NCBI GenBank assembly: GCA_964016885.1
Contig: OZ024748.1
Location: 248,001 to 312,000, forward strand
Origin: Eledone cirrhosa
Taxonomy: Eukaryota
Reading direction: 5' to 3'
DNA: 64,000 nt
The translations under genes and the position numbers were made by a program. The notes under the pieces were generated by a model. That model did not search any database, was not told the origin of the DNA, and saw only the letters and a list, made by a program, of their open reading frames with translations. Positions 53,157-64,000 of this stretch are shown one piece after another (positions within the stretch are counted from its first letter, which is position 1; every line of letters begins with the position of its first letter).

Positions 53157-54996
53157 ATGTATACAAAACAACTAAATCTCTTAAATAACTTCACTTATAT
53201 CCAAAACAGGATTTGTATATACATCAACAGTGACTCATTATTATACGCCAGTCACGACCCCACTGCAAAAACGATATCTATATAACAACCCCACCGTAAA
53301 ACTACTCTTCCCCACTTTACAAACACTTTATATTATTTGTCATTAAGGTTTCTTAAAATAAATATATATACGTATGTGTAGTAATTAGTACGGGGTCTCA
53401 GAGAAGGAACTAGTGTGCCTTTATGGAGGGCACATGGGACCAGCAAAGTCCTAAAAGTAGAGACCAGTAAATGAGATAAGGTCCTAGCTATGTTAAGAAT
53501 ATAAATAAGAAACATGTTCTATACATTTAAGAAGACAAGAGAAACATGTTCTAAACATTTAAGAAATAATTATTTACCTCTTTCATGTCGGTAATATAGC
53601 GGTGTTATAAAACTAATTATAACGACCGGTGTTAAAATAGAGAGAGATAGACAGATAAATGTGTGTCACAATCTCACCCTCTCTTTAAATCTTTTACACT
53701 ATCTAACTCGTACTTCTCACACTCTCTTTAAATCTTTTACTCTATCTACCTCTCATTTCTATCTGTGTATGTATGTATGTATCTGTCTATGTGTAACTCG
53801 GTGTACTGGAGCAATATGAAGTGAAGTGTCTTGCTCAAGAAGACATTTTGTGGAGTTATATCATCGTTTCTTGTTATAAAGCTACTTATACTACCGGCGT
53901 AACAGTGGCTATAGGTGATAGATGTAGAAATAAAAGGCTGTAACAGCGATATAAATATAGATGAAATAGTTTACCACGAGACTAAGAATGAATGTTTAAT
54001 GGAATTAAGTGTAATCTAATAGGAAATAAGAAGCTAGAGCAGCAAAATGTTTACGTAAAATAAAAGAACAAACAAGAGTGCAACATTGAAATTTTTTTTT
54101 TTTTTTTGTCGATATAAGCGTTATTTTATGCGCGATTTGCCTTGCTGCCGGCGCTGCTCAGTCAGTAGCAGCCCCGCTTACGAAGTTCAGGAGCCAACGA
54201 CTTTACATGGTTCGAATCTCACCCTCTCCGCTCTTGTCGAGTTATCTCCTACTCTTTTTACTTAGTTCCAGGTCATTAAAATAGAGCAAAGAGGGCGCGG
54301 CGATCGGCATATGCACTGGCTACAATGTTGAACTTTGGTACTGACTGCGTAGTTGAACGTTCCACATACCAACCGCCCAACTGGCCAGTCAACCGCATAT
54401 GCGGCTGGCTGGCCGGTTGGGTAGTTGGCATATGTACTGGCTACCATGCTGAACATTGTACTGACTGTCAAGTTGAACGTTCTAACCCTCTCTTTACATC
54501 TATTACTCTATCTACCGCTTATTTCTCCCCCTCTCTTTACTTCTATAACTCTATCTCCCACTCTCTTTACATCTATTACAGTGTCTCCCTGTATATATAC
54601 ACGTATATATGCACTAGATTTTATAAGAAATCTACGTAATAATATAATTAACAATAGTTGATGAATTAGACCAGAGTTAATTAAACAATAAATATGAATG
54701 AAATAGCAGTAGATGGCGAAACTTGAGTGTTGTGTGTGCATACATATATATGAGGTAAACTGGTTCAAATACTGTCAGGATTATATTGGATCAAAGACTG
54801 TATTAAATAGAAAGTAAAAAATGAAGTGAAAATATAAAAACAAACTGAAAATTTCCCCATCCCTAGAAAAATTCATATCTTTTTATATATAGATAATTGG
54901 CGCTTTAAATTGAATAAATATTCATTTATACATATATATGTATATATATATGTACACTGATATATATGTGTGTATATATATATGTGTATATATATA

Positions 54997-55056
<60 letters not shown>

Positions 55057-56096
55057 TCATCATACGTCCGCTTTTCCATGCTTGCAAGGGTGGGGTGGGA
55101 GCTGATTCTGAATTGGTTTCTACAGCTGGGTGCCCTTCCTGACGCCAACCCCGTTTGCAGTGAGTGCTGGGTGCTTTTTTTTTTCCGTGGCACCTCCACG
55201 TCAGCTTTACAGTGTGGGCTGGGTGCTTTTTTGCCGCGGCGCCTCCACGACCACTTTGCGGTGGGGTGGTGGGGTGGTATGTGTATACCCAGCCCATTGT
55301 CATTTGCCACACAGAAAAGCTTATAGCATCGTTGTTTACCCACGATGAATCTAGCAGACCCACCCCTCCACCTGGTCTCTTGAATACAACAAACATCGAC
55401 CTCCTTACGTTCAAGCATTTCTACAACCTCGTTAGAGCCACCCTATAAGGTGCCTACATTAATGGTACCAACTCTGAAGTTTTGGATTGCGTTTGGAGGT
55501 TGGGAGCGGTGGGGAGCGGGGATGGGGTTAGGGTTAGCCATCCGCGGCCGAAACAAAGAGGAGGAGCCCTTGCATTCTCGTCCATTTGTCTTTATGTATG
55601 TATATGTATATATGTATGTATATGTGTGTATGTATGTATATGTATATATGAGTGTATATGTGTATATGTATGTATATGTATGTGTATGTATGTGTATATA
55701 TGTGTATATGTATGTGTTTGTATATAAGAGTGTGTATGTATATATGTGTGTGTATGTATATATATATATGTATGTATGTGTATATGTATGTATATGTATG
55801 TATGTGTATATGTATATATGTATGTATATGTGTGTATGTATGTATATATGTATGTATGTGTATATATGTATGTATGTATATGTATATATACGTGTGTATA
55901 TGTATATATACTTATGTGTATATGCTTATGTATGTGTATGTATGTATATTTATATTATGTATATATATATATCTATGTATGTGTATGTATGTATATATAT
56001 GTATGTATATGTGTATGAATGTGTATGTATGTATGTGTATATATGTATGTATGTATATATATATGTATGTATATGTATGTGTATGTATATGTATAT

Positions 56097-56453
56097 GGAG
56101 GCACATGGCTTAGTGGTTCGAGCATTGGCCTGGCAATCGAAAGGTTGTGAGTTCAATTCTCAGACCGGGTGATGTGTTGTTTCCTTGAGCAAGACACTTT
56201 ATTTCACATTGCTCCAGTTTACTCAGCTGTAGAAATGAGATGATAGGGACTGGGGTCCATATCATTCCACTGCAAAGTGGTCGTGGAGGTGCCACGGCAA
56301 AAAAGCACTCAGCACTCACTGTAAATGAGGTTGGTGTTAGGAAGGGCATCCAGCTGTAGAAATCAAGCTAGAATCAGTTCCCGTCCCACCCTTGCAAGCA
56401 GGGAAAAAGCGGACTTAAAACGAAATGATGATGATGATGATGATGATGATGAT
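56097..56453 (+). mobile_element. tRNA-derived SINE with RTE tail (S linker copy 5)
   Basis: As 2942-3296. Confidence 0.85.
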
Positions 56454-57093
56454 GTATGTATGTGTATATGTATGTATGTATGTATATGTATGTATGTGTA
56501 TGAGATGCAGTTTGCTTTTGTGCCTCTGAAAAGTACAACATATGCCCTCTTCTTAGTGAGACAACTACAAGAGAGGTTCTTAGAGAAAAATAAGCCACTA
56601 TACTTAGCTTTGGACATAGAGAAGGCTTTTGATAGAGAACTCTTATAAATGTCAACATATATATATGTGTGTGTATATATATGTTTTTTTTAAAACTATA
56701 TATTTATTACTCCCTTAAGCAGAAGAAATATATTCCCAGATATCGAAGATTACCACAATAACTAGGGAGCGGAAGTCAATAGATGCTGGACATTGCTGCT
56801 GAGGGTAGGATGACCTGATGAGCTGGCTCCTGTGGTGGATACCTAAACATAGTAAGACCCAAGTGGGATGACTGAGGTTCACCTACATACATCAGATGTC
56901 TCTGGATCTCCAGCTGGAGATTAATGATCTCAGGAATGCCATGAAAAATCGTGACATCTAAAAAAGAAGAGTAGAATTGTTCTGGCCAATCCACCTGACC
57001 TAATAAACAATAATAATATTAATATATATTGATGAAAATTAATTATGGTGAAATATCTTAGAAATCATTCTCAGAGGTTTTGTATTGTAATCC

Positions 57094-58949
57094 ACACTTG
57101 CTCCTTGTGGCTTCTGATGCAGACATCATGTCCGCCATCAGGTCCTTCCCAGCTAGCAGCTGCGGAGATGTTGATGGTCTCTGACCAGGCCTCCTCAAGG
57201 AGTTGATATCTCCCCTCTCCGCTGAGGCCAGGCGCCGCCTTCTGAGTGCAATTGTGGCGCTCACCAATAGGCTCATCCATGGCGCCCTGGACTCTTATGC
57301 TCGAGGCCTCTTTTTTTCGGCCAACCTCACCGCTTTCAGGAAGAAAGAGGGTGGCATACGCCCCATTGCTGTGGGCAATGTCTTCCGGAGGCTAGCTGCC
57401 AAGGTAATCTGCAAGTCCGTAACACTCGGAACCGGCATCCAGGGCCTCCAGCCACCTCATTGTCAAGTTTGACATGAGGAATGCCTTCAACTCTTTACGC
57501 TGGGATCATCTGCTCGAGGCCTGCCTCAGCCGAGCCCCCTCAGCCTACCTGTCATATGGAGTCCCGAGCATGCGCCATGCTGCTGATACGGTCATACCCT
57601 TGGCTACTGGGATCTAACAGGGCAACCCTTTGGGACCCCTCCTGTTCACCCTTGGTATTGACCACATCGCCCGGAGTATAACGGCCCCTCTCAAGGTTTG
57701 GTATCTGGATGATGCTACTTTGGGTGGGCCCGTACAGGCGGTCTGCCATGACCTTCAATCGGTGTTTCCTGCCCTGGCGGGAATCGACCTCCAGGTCAAC
57801 TCAGCCAAGTCGGAGGTGGTGAATGTCAGCCTCGATGCTGCATGCTTTGCAGTCTCCGTCTTGGACGTGCGGTCTATTCTCCGCCAGGTTCAGGTGACCC
57901 CCAAAGAGGATGCCCTCACCGATCCACCCGCCGGCCATCCGCTCCACCATCAGGTCCAGGCTTCAAAAGCTCCAGACTCTCACAAGCCGACTGGGCTTGA
58001 TTGATGGCCACCCAGTTCTCTTTCTGCTGAGGAACTGCTACGCCATGCCGAAGCTGCTCTATACACTCTGTGCTACACCCAGACATCTCTCCTCGCTGAG
58101 CTCGATACTTGTATCCGAGCAGCAGCCGATGAGATATGCAACTTTACCTGTCAGGTATGGCGGCCTTCGCCTCCAGTCCCCGATCTCACTAGCTTTGCCG
58201 GCGTATCTTTCGTCGGTAACTTCGTGCCACGTCCTCGTCAGCAGGGTTCTTCAAAACACAACAGAACCCTCTGTGTTCAGAGAACGCGTGGCCGCCTGTG
58301 AGACGTAGGACCGGCTGGGACTTAGCCCAGTAGACGTCCCTCCTCCTTCTCCCCCTGCTGACGTCAAGTCCCCCCAACACACTTGGGATGCCATCCAGTG
58401 CAGCCTGGCCTCAGACAGGCTCACGCGCCAGCTCGACCAGCACCGCCTTGTTTGTTTTCGTGCGGCCTCCAAACCCCACAGTGGTGCCTGGCTCCATGCC
58501 CTGCCCTCCTTCTCCACTCGCACACAGCTAGACAACCATAGCTTGCGCATCGGCCTCACACCAATGTCGCTGCGGTTCCACCATGGACTCTTTCGGCCTC
58601 CACCCGCTTTCCTGTCGCCACAGTGCCAGCCGCAATCCACGCCATGCTGCCCTCAACGAAGTCATTAAGCATGGCTCGGACGCTGCAGGCTTCCCTTCCC
58701 AGCTCCAGGGGACGGCAAAAGGCCAGATGGCATGACCATCTTCCCGTTCCGCGGTGGCAAACCCCTCGCCTGGGATACCACTTGCACCGACACTTTCTGC
58801 AGCCGCAACCTGGTGCAGTTTGCCGCAGGTGTGAGCCCCGCGAGTTGGAGTGGCTTTTCCAGCGCGTCTCCCTTGCCGTGCTCCGGGGAAACGCCTTCTC
58901 CATTCTGTCCGCCGGGGCTGTGGGTGGGCCTCATCGCGTACCGTTATAA
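57094..58949 (+). mobile_element. CRE-like LINE relic, copy 8, divergent terminal copy
   Basis: Same motifs, with extra 16-bp and 24-bp segments, private stops, and 18-bp and ~170-bp deletions. Confidence 0.87.
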
Positions 58950-59049
58950 TTGTTGAAGAAGAAACAGGGAGACAACAACTGGAATATATACAAAACAACT
59001 AAATCTCTTAAATAACTTCACTTATATCCAAAATATGATTTGTATATAC

Positions 59050-59330
59050 TGTAGTTAGAAAAAGCTATCTCACTTACCGCTTTTCACAGGCGCCGCCAAA
59101 TTCCACTGCAGGTACTCCTCTTCCACGTTCGTCCGACTGCTTAACACCGGGAGCTGCCCAAAACTCGCGTCCACACCGTGTGCTGGTCACCACTAGAGAG
59201 AGGCCCTCTCCTGGCGCTTCCGGTCGAGCATCCTTCCGGCCAAAGACCCCTTCCGGTCGAGCACTCAAAAACCCCTTCCGGTCGAGCACTCCTCCCGCCT
59301 CCGGCCACTGCACGCCATACCATACCCACA
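59050..59330 (-). repeat. 3' LTR (281 bp)
   Basis: TGTAGTTAG...CATACCCACA on +; direct repeat of 62961-63244 (8 substitutions and a 3-bp indel by manual count). Confidence 0.95.
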
Positions 59331-59345
59331 TGCCCCCCTGATCTC
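59331..59345 (-). promoter_or_regulatory. Polypurine tract (plus-strand primer)
   Basis: Minus strand GAGATCAGGGGGGCA immediately before the 3' LTR TGTGGG. Confidence 0.7.
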
Positions 59346-59399
59346 AAGGATCAATTTCCCCCTCGTCCCTCTGCATATGAAAGTCTGCCGTCCAGGTCG

Positions 59400-62191
59400 G
59401 TGGTCTACGACTTCGTTGCGATCTTCGTAGTATTGGGGCAGAGCTCTGGGTTTCCACCTCATCTTGGGTTTCTTCTTCCTCGGAGTCCGTCGACACTGTG
59501 ATTCTTCTTACATCCAGGACATGACGTGGTACCCCGTCCACGGACACATTGTTCTTTGAATTTACGGCCGTCACCGTTCCCCTTCCCCATTGAGATGTGC
59601 AACGTGCATCTGGGGGTTAACCCAGACTTCTTCGCCCACCTGCACGAATGCACTCTCTCTCCCCACTGGTCGTTGTGGTGGCGTGCACGGGTGCCGCCAC
59701 TCGTATTTGAATACTGCTCTATGTGGCACCGATTCCTCGACCTGTCCAACCCGAGGGGACATATTGTACCAGAACACTGCCTCCATTGGTGAGATATGGC
59801 CCCGCTCCGCCATTGCCTTGATCGTCCGGTGGTGTCGCTCCACGATTCCATTCCCGCTCGGCCTGTGCGCCGCTCTGAAGAAACGGTCCACCTTCCATCC
59901 ATCGAGCATCTCCCTCAGTGCCTCCGAGCGGAACGCTGCGCTGTTGTCCATCAGCAGTTAATCCACAGGGCCCCGCTCCAAGAACACCTCTCTCAACGTC
60001 CGCACGATTTCCTCGGCCGTTCCAGTCTTCATCTCCCTCCATATCGCCATTCGACCTGGTCCACAGTCGACCATCGAGAGGTACGTTCCCTGCCGGTAGT
60101 GCGTCACATCCACCGCTAATCGCTTCCAGTCGCGATCCACCGGGAGGCTTCCCGTTTCGTGTACACCCGGGGCGGCATCAATGGACTGACATCGGACGCA
60201 GCCTCTAACCCCCCCCCCCCGAACACTGTGTCTGCTAACGTCCGAGTCGATTCTCCTGGCTAGGAACAGGCTCCTATCCACCCCCCTGTGGTGCATGTCA
60301 TGCAACCCCTTCAGGTCTAACTCGGTCAGCCGACACACGGCAGCTATCTCATCCTCTACCTCCTCCGGCGCTTCCATCCAGGCTTTCTTCACTCTAGTTA
60401 AGATGTCCGCCCTATTTTTCTCTGAGGGCACGAACACTACGCTCAGCTTCAGGTCGAACTCGGTGGCCAGCTCTCCTAACGTTCCCAGGCGGCGCTTTAT
60501 CAGCATCTCCGCCGCGCCTCTCGTTCGCACTCTCTTCTCACTGGTGAGCACTGATCTTACCCATCCGAGTACGGTAGCCGAGTCGGTGCGTATCTCGGTG
60601 GTGCGCAGCCCCCACCGCAGGGCGAGGTTCACCCCTCTCAACACCGCGTCCAGCTCGGCCACATTGATGTGGCTGCAGTCGTCCTTCTTTCTGAGCCAGG
60701 CTGCATCCTCGACCTCAACACCTCCTATCTCCAACGTGACACCCAGCGCTATGCTGCTGGCATCGCACCATACGGTCCCGCTCCGTGATTTGGGAACGTA
60801 CCAGCGTCCCCGCACTGGGTCGTCGGCCTTCACCCTCCCCACGATCTCCTGCATCATGGCCACCGTTCTCTCTCCCACTCCAAGTCACCCCTCCCGCTCG
60901 ACTCTTGACATAGCTGCATGCCGTCCGGACCCACCAGCTTTCCACACACCGAGAAAAGCTCCCGCCTATTCATACTTGGGCCCAGTTCCGGAACTTCGTT
61001 TCCCCTCTGGAACACCAAAACGCCCGTCTTATCTCGCCGTAGCCTAAGTCCCAGCGCGGCTCCTCCCTCCAATGCTTCTGATGGCTTCGCAGTCAGTCCA
61101 TACCTCCGCAAATGGCTCGTGACCTCCGCCGTCGACACCACCGACTCGTCCACTAGGATGTCGTCAATATAGGAGTTAGTAGCCCTCTTTATCTTGTCGG
61201 CCCTCCCCAGAACGGTCTTGAGGACCGCCGCCATGATCTTCGGTGCGGAGCGCAGCCCGAAACCGAGCCTGGTCAGGCAATATGTCCGGCCCTTATACCT
61301 GACCAGCTGATACCGCCAGAGCTTCTCATCTATATGCAACTGCAAGTAAGCCGACTTTAGATCCACGATCGCTGAACCCCCCGTCATGCGTCTCCACTCA
61401 CGCAGGGTTTCCCCACAGACATCCGTGACCTCGCCACCCATGTGGCATGACACGTGCTCGTTCAGCTCTCGATAGTCCAGCACCGGCCTCACCTTGCTCT
61501 TCGTGGGTTGCACCACCGCCATCAACGGCAATACTCCGCACTTCACCTCCTCCTTCCAGGGAAGCAGTATGCCCTCTTCGATCCATCTCTTTACTTCTCG
61601 CTCGAACTCGCTCTTAGCGTTTCCCTTCAATGTGTGTTGATAGCAGCCCACTTTGGTCTTCAGTGTTGGTGGTTCTCCCTTCCAGTACCACTCAACAACC
61701 CATCGCTGCCCATCAAACATGGCCTTGAAGTCTTTGTCCTGTACAGTGTAAGCGGGGTATTCCTCCTCGTGGGCCTTCTGGTTCTCATGACGTGCACTCA
61801 CAGCGCATACTGATGCAGCGGCGCCAAACGACACACCGACATTGTTCACCCTGACGCCCCCTAGACGGCCAATCGCGTCCATGCCCATAACCACGCCGAT
61901 CCCATCCACCACACTGTCTACCACGATGGCGGAAAGCCTTATCGTCCTTCCCCGTACCGCTATTTCCATCTCGCTGCGACCTCGGCATTCAATTTTCCTG
62001 CCGTCGACTGCCCTTATGCTGCTCTTCCCTCCCCACCTCTGCGCCACCCCCGCGGTCACCAGTGTCGTCGTACAGCCCGTATCCACGAGGGCTCGCTGTG
62101 GCTTCCCCCTCACGAAGACTTCCACCACGGGCAGCGCCGCTACTCGTAAGGGGCAACTACCGGCGCAGTAGTTCCCCTTGGATCGTTTCCC
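59400..62191 (-). pseudogene. pol: Gypsy pol (protease, RT, RNase H, integrase), broken by frameshifts and a stop
   Basis: ALVDTGCTT (PR); RPVLDYRELN, DLKSAYLQL, LGFGLRSAP, YIDD (RT); WCDASS, HINVAELDAV, TDSATV, NRADILTR (RH); H..HH...CVRC, AVDVTH, MDNSAAF, GIVERHHRTIK (IN). Frame changes near 60870-60930; stop at 59958-59960. Confidence 0.93.
62134..62191 (-). promoter_or_regulatory. -1 ribosomal frameshift signal (G_GGA_AAC plus H-type pseudoknot)
   Basis: Heptamer is in the gag frame; the -1 frame is open into pol; stems AAGGGGAACTAC/GTAGTT(G)CCCCTT and GCGCCG/CGGCGC. Confidence 0.85.
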
Positions 62192-62901
62192 TGGTCGCAG
62201 TTAGTAGCGATGTGGCCTGGTCGCTTACACCGGTAGCAAATTATCTCCGGCTTCGACTCTCTACAGTCTCTAGCCATATGCGGGCCCTGGCACCTAAAAC
62301 AGCGTCCCCTAAATTCTCGCGGACGGCCGCGTGCCGAGGTTGCCTCCCTTTGACCATTTCGCTGCCAGGTGTCCTGAGCCTCCGTAGTCGCTATCGCCGC
62401 AACACTCTTTTTGGCATCTTGCGCTATGATCCGGGCTTGTTCCACCAGTGAACGCATTTCCATCTCCTTGTACCCCGGGACTTGCTGCAGTTTCACCGCT
62501 ATGTCGTCCGGAAATCCATTGATGAATGCCAACCGCACCGTGCGTTCGCATTCCGCCTGGTAACCGGCCAACATAGCCAACCGCCTTATTTCCGCTGCGA
62601 AAATGTCGACGCGCTCACCATTCCACCTGATTCTCGCCAGCTTAGCAAAAGCCGCCAACGGTCCCTCGGCGAATGCATCCATCAGACGCCTCTCAATCTT
62701 CTGCACATCTCTTTGGCTGTGCTCGTCCAACTCAAGGAAGAGTACCAACGCGTCGCCCTCGAGGTACAATGCAATGAGACCGGCCACGTCTTCTATCTTC
62801 TGCAAGTCTGCGACCAGCCGAACCTTCCGCAGCCAAGCGACAACATCACCTTCTCCGGTGAATGGCCTGATAGCTTCGTTCATCCGTAGTCTTGTCGCCA
62901 T
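62140..62901 (-). CDS. gag: Gypsy Gag, 253 aa, intact ORF
   Basis: IRPFTGEGDVVAWL N-terminal motif, AFINGFP, zinc knuckles CFRCQGPHMARDC and CYRCKRPGHIATNC. Confidence 0.92.
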   Translation of the reverse strand: MATRLRMNEAIRPFTGEGDVVAWLRKVRLVADLQKIEDVAGLIALYLEGDALVLFLELDEHSQRDVQKIERRLMDAFAEGPLAAFAKLARIRWNGERVDIFAAEIRRLAMLAGYQAECERTVRLAFINGFPDDIAVKLQQVPGYKEMEMRSLVEQARIIAQDAKKSVAAIATTEAQDTWQRNGQREATSARGRPREFRGRCFRCQGPHMARDCRESKPEIICYRCKRPGHIATNCDQGNDPRGTTAPVVAPYE

Positions 62902-62960
62902 CTTCTGATTTGTTTTGCGGCAAGTGTTTTCTTTTTTTTTTTTCAGTCGCCGAAATAGCT

Positions 62961-63244
62961 TGTAGTTAGAAAAAGCTATCTCACTTACCGCTTTTCACAG
63001 GCGCCGCTAAATTCCACTGCAGGTACTCCTCTTCCACGTGAGTCCGACTGCTTAACACCGGGAGCTGCCCAAAACTCGCGTCCACACCGTGTGCTGGTCA
63101 CCATTAGAGAGAGGCCCTCTCCTGGCCCTTCCGGTCGAGCATCCTTCCGGCCAAAGACCCCTTCCGGTCGAGCACTCAAAAACCCCTTCCGGTCGAGCAC
63201 TCCCCCCCCCGCCTCCGGCCACCGCACGCCACACCATACCCACA
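62961..63244 (-). repeat. 5' LTR (284 bp)
   Basis: TG...CA boundaries; direct repeat of 59050-59330. Confidence 0.95.
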
Positions 63245-64000
63245 AACACTTCCTTCTCCAAGCCTAGATTCGAAACCGAATCTAAGAATTCTCGCTGTTC
63301 AAAATCACGACGACAGGCGCCAAAGAAAGGTTTTTCCTTTGTCCTGTCAAAAAGTGATTGATCGTCTCCCTTTGACCTACGACCTCAGCTAGGTCAAGAC
63401 AAAGTCAAATTGACCGAAGGACGTAGAAACTCTGTTGCGGTATGTCTATCATTCTAGCCACCGCAACATTATATATATATGAGAGTCAATGGAAACCCGA
63501 AAACAGAGAGCTGGTCTGACACCACACGGAGAGACCTACTGTGTCAGATGAACTACACACACACACTCACACAAACATATTCATTCTAACACACCAGTTC
63601 CACAAATGCATCCTGGTTCTATTTTCTAACAGCTCGTAGCAGTTGTCAACAGTAACATTTTTGTATGTAGTAAAGCATGATGTGTACATAACCACAAATT
63701 AAGTTCCAGTGAAATAAATTATTTTTATAATGAATCCATTCACCTACTTGTTCATTTTTCCGGCATACACATGCCTTATCAATATTTCACCATTATACAC
63801 ATACAACCACTACAGACCTTATAGAAGTGTCTAGAAGAGAGAGAGAGAGAGATTAAGCATACCTTATGGTTTGGCACCACTGGGTCGGGCCTCTTTTCGT
63901 GGCAGGGTCTCCTTAGCTCCAGGGAATTATTTCTCAAAACCATCTGGTACATTGCTGTTGCGTAGCAGAGCCCAGTCCTTCATTAGGGACAACAACGGCC

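Larger units (their letters stand above)
1..59049 (+). repeat. Composite tandem macro-array (~5.9-kb S units and ~9.8-kb L units; order S,S,L,S,L,L,S,S; continues left of the window)
   Basis: Near-identical marker ORF recurs at 3904, 9876, 19706, 25613, 35416, 45198, 51120, 57058 (spacings 5972, 9830, 5907, 9803, 9782, 5922, 5938). Spacer start ATATCCAAAA recurs at 1, 6014, 11986, 21758, 27723, 37527, 47274, 53197, 59024. Confidence 0.97.
59050..63244 (-). mobile_element. Ty3/Gypsy LTR retrotransposon, ~4.2 kb, pol disrupted
   Basis: Two TG...CA LTRs; gag with two zinc knuckles; domain order PR-RT-RNaseH-IN; purine tract beside the 3' LTR. Confidence 0.96.

Noticed and set aside
60295-61047. 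250-aa plus-strand ORF and other ORFs antisense to Gypsy, RTE and CRE coding regions
   Set aside because: Shadow ORFs on the opposite strand of TE coding sequence, with no motifs.

Overview
AT-rich, microsatellite-rich eukaryotic DNA with no recognisable host protein-coding gene. The SINE and RTE repeat families resemble those of cephalopod molluscs; that taxonomic call is inference. Positions 1-59049 are a tandem macro-array, open at the left edge, built almost entirely from dead transposon pieces. Each unit carries: (i) a 5'-truncated, internally deleted CRE-like LINE (RT plus restriction-like endonuclease), 8 copies in the window; (ii) a ~1.85-kb AT-rich spacer with a tRNA-like Pol III-type cassette and a 60-bp palindrome flanked by direct repeats; (iii) either a short linker S (RTE derivative, (TATG)n, SINE; unit ~5.9 kb) or a long linker L (foldback palindrome, antisense RTE LINE, minisatellite; unit ~9.8 kb). 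Linker order is S-S-L-S-L-L-S-S, with an underlying ~15.7-kb higher-order dimer, a chimeric copy and a divergent terminal copy. The array ends at a minus-strand Ty3/Gypsy LTR element (59050-63244). That element has no target-site duplication and no canonical tRNA primer-binding site, but it has a clear G_GGA_AAC plus pseudoknot -1 frameshift signal. Most ORFs in the supplied track are microsatellite or antisense artefacts. All calls were made by eye; repeat boundaries are approximate unless a junction sequence is quoted.
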